Assembly: GCA_965603515.1 (NCBI GenBank)
Contig: CBFDDH010000005.1
Coordinates: forward strand, 27,886 to 91,885
Length of the DNA: 64,000 nucleotides
Source: an uncultured bacterium
Lineage (GTDB): Bacteria > Hydrothermota > Tepidihabitantia > SM23-42
Direction: 5' to 3'
Position 1 is the stretch's first letter, and the number at the start of each line of letters is the position of its first letter. Of the stretch, positions 36,002 to 45,768 are shown piece after piece. The translations under genes were made by a program, and so were the position numbers. The notes under the pieces are model-generated. The model made no database searches, was not told where the DNA came from, and saw only the letters and a list, made by a program, of their open reading frames with translations.

Positions 36002-38824
36002 ATGATCAATGACATCCGGGTCAAAGGCGCGCGCGTTCACAACCTCAAGAACATTGATATCACTGTACCACGCAATAAATTCGTTGTCATCACCGGTATT
36101 TCCGGGTCTGGCAAATCATCTTTGGCATTTGATACGCTTTATGCAGAAGGTCAACGCCGCTATGTTGAGTCACTTTCTGCCTATGCTCGTCAATTCCTCG
36201 GCATGATGGATAAACCCGATGTCGATGAAATAACCGGTCTTTCGCCAGCGATCGCTATTCAACAACGTAGCGCTTCAAAAAACCCACGCTCCACAGTCGG
36301 TACAGTCACTGAGATCTATGATTATCTACGGGTTCTGTTTGCTCGCATTGGTACCCCCTATTGCTATAAATGCGGACGCAAAATTCAATCCCAGACAACT
36401 GATCAGATAGTCGATGCAATTATGGCTTTGCCAATCAACTCAAGGATCGAAGTCTTAGCACCAGTGGTGCGTGGTCGTAAAGGTGAATACAAGGAATTCA
36501 TTGCCCGGCTTAAACGACGCGGTTATGTACGAGCAAGGGTTGACGGAAAAATCTACGAAATCGAAAAAATCCCTCTACTTGAACGTTATAAGAAACACGA
36601 TATAGAAATCGTTATTGACCGCATTGTTATGAAAACTGGTATCAGAAAACGGCTTGCTGACTCAGTTGAAATTGGTTTAAAAGAAGCTGACCGAATCCTA
36701 ACAGTTATTATCAACGGCAAAGAAACCATAAGGTTTAGTCAGAAACTCGCATGTATGCACTGCTCCATAAGCTATCCAGAAATCGCGCCACGTATGTTCA
36801 GTTTTAACTCACCTTATGGCGCGTGTGCAACCTGTGATGGTTTAGGCACAAAAATGGAAATCGATCCTGATAAGGTCATCCCAAATAAAAAGTTATCCAT
36901 AAATCAAGGTGCCATAGCACACTACGGCATGCACAGCAACTGGCGTCGCTCCAAACTCGTGGGACTTGCAGAGGAAATGAAATTCAACCTTGATATACCG
37001 TTCCATAAACTTGGGGCAAAAGCGAGAGAGGCCATTCTTTATGGCGACAACATACAAATAACGGTAAAATACGTACGTACTGATGGCACAGGCCACGGTG
37101 AGTTTGAGGAATATTTCGAGGGTGTAGTGCCAGAACTGATGCGTCGTTATCACGAAACTACATCTCAGGCGATCCGTCAATACATCGAAGATTTCATGAC
37201 CATCACAAAGTGTCCTTTATGTCACGGCGCGCGCTTAAGACCAGAAAGTCTGGCGATTAAAATTGGTCACAAGAATATCGCTCAGGTCACTGAGCTATCA
37301 ATAAAAAGTGGCTATGAATATTTCCAGAACCTGAAATTGTCGACGACCGAGCAGAAAATTGCGGGTGAAATGATAAAAGAGATCAAAAGACGCTTGAAGT
37401 TCCTCATCGCGGTTGGTCTTGACTATCTCACCTTAGACCGGCCTACAGAAACTTTGGCTGGAGGTGAAGAACAACGTGTCCGCCTTGCCACCCAGATCGG
37501 CTCAGGGCTCGTTGGCGTACTCTACATACTCGACGAACCTTCAATTGGACTCCATCAACGAGACAATATAAGATTGCTCAATACATTAAAAGCACTGCGC
37601 GACCTCGGCAACACGGTGCTCGTCGTTGAGCATGATGCAGAAACAATCCTCAGTGCTGATCATATTATTGACCTGGGTCCAGGAGCAGGTGAACAGGGCG
37701 GTCAGGTAGTTGCTACCGGTACAGCAGACCAGATTTCCCGAACCAAAAAATCGATAACTGGCAAGTATCTTTCGGGTAAGAGAAAAATTGAAGCACCAGA
37801 GCGACGCAGACTAAGATCTGCGCGTAGCCTTATCATAAAGGGCGCTCAGGCGAATAACTTAAAGTCAATTGATGCTGAAATCCCTTTGGGGTTGTTTGTT
37901 ATCATAACCGGGGTCTCTGGTTCTGGTAAATCAACACTCATTGTCGACACCTTATATCGTGCCCTGGCACAAAGGTTCTACAATAGCAAGTATCCAGCCG
38001 GACAACATAAGGAAATCAAAGGGTTGGAATATATTGATAAAGTCGTAAACATAGACCAGTCACCGATCGGTCGAACACCACGCTCAAACCCGGCAACCTA
38101 TACAAGCGCATGGACACCGATACGCGAATTATTTGCGCAATTACCCGCATCAAAGGTACGTGGCTACAAACCCGGACGGTTTTCCTTCAATGTACCTGGT
38201 GGCAGATGTGAACAATGTGAAGGCGACGGCTTGCTGCGCATTGAAATGCACTTCTTGCCTGATGTTCACATCACCTGTGATGCCTGTCATGGTAAACGTT
38301 TTAATCGAGAAACTTTGGATATCAAATATAAAGGAAGAAATATCAACGATATACTGAATATGTCGATAAATGAAGCGCGTGAGTTCTTCCAAAATATCCC
38401 CAGAATCAAGAGAAAACTCAAACTTCTGCACGACGTAGGTTTGGGATATATCAAACTTGGACAATCTGCAACAACGTTATCAGGTGGCGAAGCACAGCGT
38501 ATAAAATTGTCAAAAGAGTTGAGCAAAATCGCTACTGGCAAAACCCTATATCTTCTTGATGAACCTACAACCGGACTGCATTTTGAAGATGTCAATCTCC
38601 TTTTGCGCGTTCTGAACCGTTTGGTTGATAAGGGCAATACTGTAATCGTTATTGAACATAATTTAGAGGTCATTAAGTGCGCCGACTGGATTATTGACCT
38701 TGGACCTGAGGGCGGTGATCATGGCGGCGAGATCGTGTGTCAAGGAACTCCTGAACATATAGCTTCTGTAAAAAAATCATATACTGGCAAATTCCTAAGA
38801 AGAATGCTGACCGTCGTATTTTGA
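36002..38824 (+). CDS. uvrA: Excinuclease ABC subunit A
   Basis: 940 aa. Two ABC modules (GISGSGKSSLAFDTLYAEGQRRYVESLS; GVSGSGKSTL) and zinc-finger Cys clusters. Confidence 0.95.
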   Translation: MINDIRVKGARVHNLKNIDITVPRNKFVVITGISGSGKSSLAFDTLYAEGQRRYVESLSAYARQFLGMMDKPDVDEITGLSPAIAIQQRSASKNPRSTVGTVTEIYDYLRVLFARIGTPYCYKCGRKIQSQTTDQIVDAIMALPINSRIEVLAPVVRGRKGEYKEFIARLKRRGYVRARVDGKIYEIEKIPLLERYKKHDIEIVIDRIVMKTGIRKRLADSVEIGLKEADRILTVIINGKETIRFSQKLACMHCSISYPEIAPRMFSFNSPYGACATCDGLGTKMEIDPDKVIPNKKLSINQGAIAHYGMHSNWRRSKLVGLAEEMKFNLDIPFHKLGAKAREAILYGDNIQITVKYVRTDGTGHGEFEEYFEGVVPELMRRYHETTSQAIRQYIEDFMTITKCPLCHGARLRPESLAIKIGHKNIAQVTELSIKSGYEYFQNLKLSTTEQKIAGEMIKEIKRRLKFLIAVGLDYLTLDRPTETLAGGEEQRVRLATQIGSGLVGVLYILDEPSIGLHQRDNIRLLNTLKALRDLGNTVLVVEHDAETILSADHIIDLGPGAGEQGGQVVATGTADQISRTKKSITGKYLSGKRKIEAPERRRLRSARSLIIKGAQANNLKSIDAEIPLGLFVIITGVSGSGKSTLIVDTLYRALAQRFYNSKYPAGQHKEIKGLEYIDKVVNIDQSPIGRTPRSNPATYTSAWTPIRELFAQLPASKVRGYKPGRFSFNVPGGRCEQCEGDGLLRIEMHFLPDVHITCDACHGKRFNRETLDIKYKGRNINDILNMSINEAREFFQNIPRIKRKLKLLHDVGLGYIKLGQSATTLSGGEAQRIKLSKELSKIATGKTLYLLDEPTTGLHFEDVNLLLRVLNRLVDKGNTVIVIEHNLEVIKCADWIIDLGPEGGDHGGEIVCQGTPEHIASVKKSYTGKFLRRMLTVVF

Positions 38825-38935
38825 AGTTTTGAGGTTACGAGGTTCAGAACATCTGAATTTCTTAGCTTCATAAGTTCATCTTTTCCCAACCTCCTCTACC
38901 GTCATCGTCCGACTTGATCGGATGATCCAGACTGG

Positions 38936-38958
38936 ATTCCCCGGTTGCACCGGGGAAT
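38936..38958 (+). terminator. Perfect 10-bp stem hairpin ATTCCCCGGT-TGC-ACCGGGGAAT downstream of uvrA (no U-tract)
   Basis: Seen directly. GC-rich stem followed by GACAAGAAAAC. Confidence 0.4.
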
Positions 38959-39434
38959 GACAAGAAAACCCGGGAACCCTTACAAACTATGGGGTAAAAT
39001 CTCAAAATCTAACAATTTGTTACCTGCTTCCGTTTTGTCAGAACATGTAGGTCATTTGTATTTCTGATTTTTATAAACATGCTATTATTTAACGGGGCGA
39101 GCCTAAAGGCTCTACTCCAAGAGATTTCGATATTCTCGGTCCGCCTGTTGACCCCATAAATAAGCACAGTTTTTGTGCACTGATCACGGATTCTATGCAT
39201 TAAAACAGTTTTTACCTCTAAATTACATCGATTTCTCTGGCACATTCCTTGCATATAAAAAGTGTAATTGTGCCTTGTGCACATTTCAAGATTTTTTAAA
39301 AAATGAGCCGCGTGATCACGCCGCTATACTGAAAAATCTTGCGATGTTATAATATCAGATGTTTACCCCGTTTAGATAGTGAACATCTAACGGGGTTTGG
39401 ACATTTAGGTATCTAATCTATTCTAGGAGGTAAT

Positions 39435-40055
39435 ATGCAAAGCATAGGTCTAATCTTCATGGTTTGCCAGCTGACTTATCAGGGTAATTTTAACACGAAT
39501 GCCAATTATATACGTATCAGCCCCAAAGAGCGAGAAGATGAAACGTTGTTACATAGGAGAACTACTATCAGTCTTTTTGGCGGCCCGATCGTTAAATTCA
39601 CTGAAATCAATGATGATTTCGCAGTCCTTGTCGGCGGTCGCGGCGGACTGATCATAAACCATGCGTTTAGCATTGGGGCTGGTGGTTATGGTCTGGTAAA
39701 TAATATCATGGTTGATAACATTCCACCCCGCCAAGATTATTTCCTGGAATTTGGCTATGGTGGACTGGTCTTGGAATACATATTGCGGTCGAGAAAACTC
39801 CTTCATCTCAGTGTACACACGCTCATTGGTGGCGGTAGTCTCTGTTATCGCGATGACTGGTATGAACCATGGGATGATGATAATTTCTTTGTTGCTGAAC
39901 CAGGTTTGGATTTGATGTTGAATGTAACAAAGTGTTTCCGGATCGGTATCGGAGGTTCTTACCGCTATATTGCTGGCGTAGGTTTGGACGGACTCACAAA
40001 TGATGATGTGAGCGGGGCAACTGCTGGATTAACATTTAAATTCGGCAGGTTCTAA
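39435..40055 (+). CDS. Hypothetical Gly-rich protein (possible small outer-membrane beta-barrel)
   Basis: 206 aa. AGGAGG RBS. Ends ...GLTFKFGRF (C-terminal Phe). Alternating Gly/hydrophobic strands. Confidence 0.4.
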   Translation: MQSIGLIFMVCQLTYQGNFNTNANYIRISPKEREDETLLHRRTTISLFGGPIVKFTEINDDFAVLVGGRGGLIINHAFSIGAGGYGLVNNIMVDNIPPRQDYFLEFGYGGLVLEYILRSRKLLHLSVHTLIGGGSLCYRDDWYEPWDDDNFFVAEPGLDLMLNVTKCFRIGIGGSYRYIAGVGLDGLTNDDVSGATAGLTFKFGRF

Positions 40056-40057
40056 CC

Positions 40058-40153
40058 GAAGCGGGTAGATTTTCCTCGTCAATATGTAATACATTTTATT
40101 CATCTCTGTCATCAATCTCTTATCATTGCAATCAAGGGGACCTTTTCAACAGA
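40058..40153 (+). repeat. 96-bp intergenic repeat, copy A. Its 3' end forms the hairpin GGGGAC-C-TTTTC-AACA-GAAAA-C-GTCCCC. A TTGACA -35 box follows immediately.
   Basis: About 92% identical to 45645-45740. The hairpin portion is 100% conserved. Confidence 0.7.
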
Positions 40154-40211
40154 AAACGTCCCCCATCTTGACATATTATCTGCTAACGTTATAATTATCT
40201 ATGAGGAAAAG

Positions 40212-41705
40212 ATGAAGAAAATTATTGTTCTATCTACTTGTTTTGTTGTTGCAGGGTTTTTAAATATATCTTCACTAATTTCTACCACCTTCAACACCTC
40301 TCTTTATGCAGATACCTTAGTCTATTGGGAACCAGAGCAGAGGGTGACTTATGACAGCATTGGCCAGGTTGACTGTCGGGTCTGGGCTTCTGATTCATTT
40401 GTGCATATACTTGTGAATTATGACTTCCCCGCGATGTATCTAAGGAGTTCAGATTATGGACAGACCTGGTCAGATACGATCCGTCTCAGTGTTGAAAGTT
40501 CTAACCATCTTCAGACTCTCATTCAGCAAGATTCCGTGGTCTATTTTACCTGGAGTGAGTTTCGGGATGGTCCACCAAGCATTACCCAGGTTGATACTAG
40601 CTATGCCTTCTTTAAAAGAAGCAATGATTATGGGATGACACTGGACAGTGTGGTATTTTTGGGTAAGGGATGCTGGATAAGTATTGATGCAAAAAGGGAA
40701 TCGGTATTTGTTGACCCTGTTGTTTGGAATTCACCTCCTCCTGTTGGGGGCTCTTATCTTACATATAGCTTTGATGGAGGCTTTAACTGGTCTGGATATT
40801 TCCCAATTGTTGATTCTGCTACTCAACCCAATGTCGCTTATCGCAATGGTATTCTTCACTTTGCAGGTTGGCGCGATTATAAAATAATCTATACCCGCTC
40901 AACTAACCTTGGAACTACTTGGGCTGCTCCAATTGAGATAACTGCGCCTAATACAGTTTTACCAAAAAGGCCCAATCTTACCGTTGGACCTAATCAGGAT
41001 GTTTACATTGCATGGACTGACAATAAGTTTGGTGGTGGGATGCTATTTGATGATGTATTGTTCAGAAAAAGTACTGACGATGGTTTGACCTGGGGGCCGG
41101 AGCAACGACTAACCCCTGATTTTAAATGTGATGCAGGTGGTGCCCTGGATATGGTAAGTCAGGATAGTTTAATATTTATTGTCTGGGATTATAACGGGAT
41201 TGGATCACCAGCACCTTGCTCTTTGTTTTTGCTGGCGACCACTGATTGCGGTGAGAGCTGGCGACCAAGAAAAGGGGTTGCAGGTGGAGAAGGATATGCG
41301 CTTAATGATGCTAATGTTGCAGTTGCTCAAAATTTTGTTTATGTAGTATGGAGAGACCCTCATCCTCTAATAGGATCACCACCTGAACTTTACTTCCGTC
41401 GCGGGGGTTTTATACCACCAGGGATAGAAGAAAGAACACCAGTATCTGTTTCTTCTGTAAATGTTTATCCTAATCCATTTAGAACAGATATCAGATTACA
41501 GATCCCGGATGGTAGATATAAAGAAATAGAAAATATAAGGATGTTTGATATAAGTGGAAAGGAGGTGTTTTATGAGGTGGAACAGAATAAAATGAAAGGT
41601 GAAATGGTGAAGATTAATACCAAAGACCTGCCGAGCGGCGTATATTTTGTATGTATAGAAGCAGGTAATGAAAGGGTATTCAAAAAAGTAGTAAAACTAA
41701 AATAG
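40212..41705 (+). CDS. Secreted BNR/Asp-box repeat (sialidase-like beta-propeller) protein with a T9SS C-terminal sorting domain
   Basis: 497 aa. Signal peptide. SxDxGxTW boxes (SSDYGQTWSD, STDDGLTWG, TTDCGESWR, STNLGTTWAA). C-terminal VNVYPNPFRTDIRLQI...LPSGVYFVCIEAGNERVFKKVVKLK. Confidence 0.7.
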   Translation: MKKIIVLSTCFVVAGFLNISSLISTTFNTSLYADTLVYWEPEQRVTYDSIGQVDCRVWASDSFVHILVNYDFPAMYLRSSDYGQTWSDTIRLSVESSNHLQTLIQQDSVVYFTWSEFRDGPPSITQVDTSYAFFKRSNDYGMTLDSVVFLGKGCWISIDAKRESVFVDPVVWNSPPPVGGSYLTYSFDGGFNWSGYFPIVDSATQPNVAYRNGILHFAGWRDYKIIYTRSTNLGTTWAAPIEITAPNTVLPKRPNLTVGPNQDVYIAWTDNKFGGGMLFDDVLFRKSTDDGLTWGPEQRLTPDFKCDAGGALDMVSQDSLIFIVWDYNGIGSPAPCSLFLLATTDCGESWRPRKGVAGGEGYALNDANVAVAQNFVYVVWRDPHPLIGSPPELYFRRGGFIPPGIEERTPVSVSSVNVYPNPFRTDIRLQIPDGRYKEIENIRMFDISGKEVFYEVEQNKMKGEMVKINTKDLPSGVYFVCIEAGNERVFKKVVKLK

Positions 41706-41714
41706 GAGGCGATC

Positions 41715-44700
41715 ATGTTTAAGAAAAGAGTAATCTTTATATTATCTCTGGGTCTATGTGCTTTGGTCTCAGGGAACTGGTCCTTTTATGGAGGACCATG
41801 GTGTGCAGAAAACTTGGCTGATGTTGCAGTCGGTATGGTAAGTGGTTCACCAGTTATTTATGGTGTGAATAAGGATTATTCACTGGTTAAAAGCACTGAT
41901 GAAGGGCAATCCTGGACAGTATTTTTGGAAGATGTTGATATCAGATGTGTTACCTGTGACCCTAATAATGGTAATCTGGTTTATATTGGTCGCAAGAGTA
42001 GTGATGGTGGAATGATGTATAGCATCAATGGTGGCAATAATTGGACCCAAATAAATTCAGGACTTCCTGTAAGTTTTACGCCAGCCAGTATAGCAATGCG
42101 TGATCAAGATCATATTGTTTTGGGACTAGAGCCACACTCAGCAGATCATTATAGTATTTATTACTGGGATGTTAACCAGTGGAGACCTGCAATTATGAGT
42201 GGTAGCCAAACAGGCTTCCGGGTCACTGATTTGAAATGGGATTCGAGACCAGGTTATGAATGGTTTATTTACGCCTCCTCAGACACTGTTGCTCAAGGTG
42301 GAAATCCGGATTACATTGGTGTGTATAAAAGTACAAATAATGGCGTAAACTGGTCGCAAATCGGTCATCCAAATCCTGGACAACCACAGGGTTATATGTC
42401 TCGTCCTGAAGCACTCTCTGTTGATTGTGGTGGAAATGGATATATCTATGCTGGCTACAGACCTCATGGAGGTAGTCACGATGATGGTGGTGTGATGAAA
42501 ACAATGGACGGTGGTGCAACCTGGACTAGAGTTCTTCATAAGGAATGGCTGCCAGTGACAGATGTTCTGGGTGATCCGATTAATCCTGACAAAGTTTATG
42601 CTGCATTCGGTTCAGGAGATTATTCTTACGATGGCTTAGGGGTTTACGAGAATATGAGTGGTGGTGAAATTGCATTATGGCATCCGATTAACCAAGGTTT
42701 GACTGATTTGTACACCAATGTTCTCATAACCTTTGAAGTCAATTTTCAACACTTTTTGTATTTAGGCACTGATAACAGTTTCTATGTAAGAAATCTCACG
42801 ACTCCAACAAATTGGCTTGAAAGAGTTAAAGGAATGCATACGCCCAAGGTGATTGCGGTCGAGCCAAGAATACCAAATTTCTTTTCTTTCTCAGATAAGG
42901 CAAATTATGCAAGTTTAGATAATGGTTCAAGCTGGTCTACGCGCTCAACCGTTGCTGCAGTTTCTGAGAACCTTTCAGCTGAGGTTCATCCGAGTTTAAA
43001 TAATGAGATGCTTATGTGGACAAAGGTATTTTTACCTGATAAAAATTACGACCTTTGCCATAGCAATAGTGGCGGATTTAACTGGGATCCAGTCTATAGT
43101 GAAGAAAATGACGTCATTCCACCCATTCCAAATATTGACTATAGTTATTATTCGCCAGAGAGAGTATATACATTTACTAATCATGCTAATCACCAACGGT
43201 ATCTATTGCGCAGTGATAATGCAGGCCTTACATGGACTGAATATCTTACTGACTTATGGGCAGCAAAAATGATGTGTGTTACCTGTGATCGTACGCCTAA
43301 TAGTGCAAATCATGTTTTTATAGCAGGACCATTACTTATTCACGAAAGTACTGATGGCGGTGAGACCTGGATCTACAAATGTCATCCATTAGAATTTCCT
43401 TGGGTTGAAATTCTTTTTCATCCTTATAGTGGCACCTCACTATTAGCTGAATTAGAAGGACCGGACTTTTATATTACATTTACACAGACAACCGACTGTG
43501 GTGAAAATTGGCATGACCTTTCATTATTTGATGCTACATATTATGACCCAGGTTTCTTTACAATTGACCCTGAAGAACCGAGTCTTGTTTACTTTGCTCC
43601 TCTTAATTTCAATACTAATTATAACGAGTTCTATTTTAGTGTAGATTATTGCCGCGTGTGGATCCAGGGAAATAATGAACTTCCTAATACTCGCATTTGG
43701 GATTTAGAGGTTGACCCTAATGCAGCAGAATATCTATATGCAGGCACAGACTCAGGAGTCTATTATTATAACCCACCATTTATTAATAAGCACCTGGTTT
43801 CGTCTTCTGATTTGGCTACCGCCTATAATCAGGCTAAAAAATTAGTAAAGGTGGAAAATGAACATTGGCTCTGTTATGAAAGTGGGGGCGCAGTCTATGC
43901 GGTTCACTCAATTGATTTCGGCGAAACTTGGTCACGGAAGATGGAAATCGCCGAAGGACATTATCCGGCAATCAGCATGAGGACTAATGTTCCAGGTGCC
44001 CCGCCAGGTATTGTCTGGCGGGCAGATGGTTCACAAAGAGATACCATCTATTTTGCAAGATATATCAGTGGTGAGAAATGGACTGCACCCATACCAGCTG
44101 TTATTTCAGACCAGGGTGTTGATTTTAGCCCCCCATCATTTGCTATCGGCACTGATAATTATGGTCATTTATCCTATTCAGATGGCACGAATGCCTATTA
44201 CACCCAATTTTACATATATAATCCAGAACCGGGAATACCCGAAGAGATTGGTTCGGGAGAAAATCCGAGCATTGGATTTATGCTACCAAGTCCAAGGACC
44301 CCAGAAATTCATATATGCTGGGAGAATAATTCTACGGTATTTTATCGGTCAAGGACGCTTTCCGGCGTATGGGGTGACCCGGTCACTGTTATGGGAGGTA
44401 TTCATCCAAGTATTGAGATAGTTGGCAATGCTGCCCATGTGGTCTGCGAGAATGCTGGTGATATTTACCGTTGCTATGTCTATTATCGATATGGTTCGCC
44501 TTCCTGGTCAAGAATCGAGCGGATATGTTGCACACTGTTTCCTTCAGTCTATCCTGAACTTACTGGTAGCAGTGCCTGTGTTTGGGTTGAGCAGCTTCTG
44601 GATGACTATGAAATTTATTTCAGCTATTACGACCCTGAAATTGGTTGGGTATCGCCGATTAATATCAGCAATACAAATGAGTGTTCAAACTATCCACATA

Positions 44701-45509
44701 TTACTCATCGACAGACACTGGGGAGCACGACTGTATATTTTATCTGGACAGAAAAAGATGAACCACCTTATGATATAAGATTCGAATCTTATTCTTTCGG
44801 TGGCGATGAGGATCTTGCATTTTATGTAGCCGATGCAGGTGAGGAAGATCCATCGCCCCATAATTTTCATCGTGGAGGTTTTACGCAATACGGTAGTGAA
44901 CCTTACAAGCGGATAGACCTTGATTGTGAATATCTCGAATATCAATTTGAGGGCTTGAATCCAGAAAATGAATATGCCCTGGCAGCGTATGCATATCAAG
45001 AAGGATATAATAATCTGCCGATTACGGTTAAGGTTGATAATATTCAGATTGGTGGGATTACACTACCACCGGATACCCTGATTATCTGTAAACAGATGTT
45101 GCCATTAGAGTTGTACACTGACAGTGCAGTCAATATCAAGATATTTGGTAACGATGCAGTGAGTGCAGCATTGGCAATCTATGAATATGAGAATGATTCA
45201 AGCGGTGGTGGCGGCCCACAAGCTCTTGGGGATTTACCACTTAATTTTGACAGTCCAATAATGAGAGTCTTTCCAAATCCAGTACAGAAAGAAATCAATA
45301 TTCAGTACACTCTGTTCAGGGAAACTAGAGTCAATCTGTCGATCTTTGATGTGGCTGGTCGATCAGTTAGAAATGTTATTAGCAAGAATCAGATATCTGG
45401 TACTTATCATAAGAGCCTCAGTATAGCTAATTTGCCACAAGGTGTGTACTTCATCAAACTGGATACCAGTGATGATGCCATCGTACAAAAAGTGATTTTC
45501 ATAAAATAA
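41715..45509 (+). CDS. Large secreted BNR/Asp-box repeat protein with a T9SS C-terminal sorting domain
   Basis: 1264 aa. At least 8 Asp boxes (STDEGQSWT, SINGGNNWTQ, STNNGVNWSQ, TMDGGATWTR, SDNAGLTWTE, STDGGETWI, TTDCGENWHD, SIDFGETWSR). C-terminal MRVFPNPVQKEINIQYTL...LPQGVYFIKLDT...VIFIK. Confidence 0.7.
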   Translation: MFKKRVIFILSLGLCALVSGNWSFYGGPWCAENLADVAVGMVSGSPVIYGVNKDYSLVKSTDEGQSWTVFLEDVDIRCVTCDPNNGNLVYIGRKSSDGGMMYSINGGNNWTQINSGLPVSFTPASIAMRDQDHIVLGLEPHSADHYSIYYWDVNQWRPAIMSGSQTGFRVTDLKWDSRPGYEWFIYASSDTVAQGGNPDYIGVYKSTNNGVNWSQIGHPNPGQPQGYMSRPEALSVDCGGNGYIYAGYRPHGGSHDDGGVMKTMDGGATWTRVLHKEWLPVTDVLGDPINPDKVYAAFGSGDYSYDGLGVYENMSGGEIALWHPINQGLTDLYTNVLITFEVNFQHFLYLGTDNSFYVRNLTTPTNWLERVKGMHTPKVIAVEPRIPNFFSFSDKANYASLDNGSSWSTRSTVAAVSENLSAEVHPSLNNEMLMWTKVFLPDKNYDLCHSNSGGFNWDPVYSEENDVIPPIPNIDYSYYSPERVYTFTNHANHQRYLLRSDNAGLTWTEYLTDLWAAKMMCVTCDRTPNSANHVFIAGPLLIHESTDGGETWIYKCHPLEFPWVEILFHPYSGTSLLAELEGPDFYITFTQTTDCGENWHDLSLFDATYYDPGFFTIDPEEPSLVYFAPLNFNTNYNEFYFSVDYCRVWIQGNNELPNTRIWDLEVDPNAAEYLYAGTDSGVYYYNPPFINKHLVSSSDLATAYNQAKKLVKVENEHWLCYESGGAVYAVHSIDFGETWSRKMEIAEGHYPAISMRTNVPGAPPGIVWRADGSQRDTIYFARYISGEKWTAPIPAVISDQGVDFSPPSFAIGTDNYGHLSYSDGTNAYYTQFYIYNPEPGIPEEIGSGENPSIGFMLPSPRTPEIHICWENNSTVFYRSRTLSGVWGDPVTVMGGIHPSIEIVGNAAHVVCENAGDIYRCYVYYRYGSPSWSRIERICCTLFPSVYPELTGSSACVWVEQLLDDYEIYFSYYDPEIGWVSPINISNTNECSNYPHITHRQTLGSTTVYFIWTEKDEPPYDIRFESYSFGGDEDLAFYVADAGEEDPSPHNFHRGGFTQYGSEPYKRIDLDCEYLEYQFEGLNPENEYALAAYAYQEGYNNLPITVKVDNIQIGGITLPPDTLIICKQMLPLELYTDSAVNIKIFGNDAVSAALAIYEYENDSSGGGGPQALGDLPLNFDSPIMRVFPNPVQKEINIQYTLFRETRVNLSIFDVAGRSVRNVISKNQISGTYHKSLSIANLPQGVYFIKLDTSDDAIVQKVIFIK

Positions 45510-45516
45510 CTCTGCT

Positions 45517-45543
45517 AAGGGGGTGGCTATTTGCCACCCCCTT
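45517..45543 (+). terminator. Rho-independent-type terminator hairpin AAGGGGGTGGC-TATTT-GCCACCCCCTT followed by CTGGTTTG
   Basis: 11-bp perfect GC-rich stem, 8 nt after the stop codon of the 41715..45509 gene. Confidence 0.6.
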
Positions 45544-45644
45544 CTGGTTTGAGTTTCATTAAGAATTTCTGTAACACTACACAGTGTAAAGTTCTATATT
45601 CAACTTCAAACCAAGTAATTTTAGTGATATAACCAGAGCGAGTT

Positions 45645-45740
45645 GATTTTCCTCGTCAATATATAACACATTTTATCTATCTCTGTCACCAATCTCTTAT
45701 CGCTGTAATCAAGGGGACCTTTTCAACAGAAAACGTCCCC
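45645..45740 (+). repeat. 96-bp intergenic repeat, copy B (same hairpin). A TTGACT -35 box follows, then N16, then TAGAAT.
   Basis: See copy A. -35 at 45741-45746, -10 at 45763-45768. Confidence 0.7.
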
Positions 45741-45768
45741 TTGACTTTCGACTCTTTTTTCATAGAAT

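Noticed and set aside
39009-39284. 91-aa minus-strand ORF in the uvrA-downstream intergenic region
   Set aside because: No RBS. Start embedded in palindromic/regulatory sequence. Cys/Arg-rich low-complexity product. Likely spurious.
40058-45740. The two 96-bp repeats as a CRISPR array or CRISPR leader
   Set aside because: Only two copies, 5.5 kb apart and separated by protein-coding genes. No short direct repeat/spacer periodicity and no cas genes.
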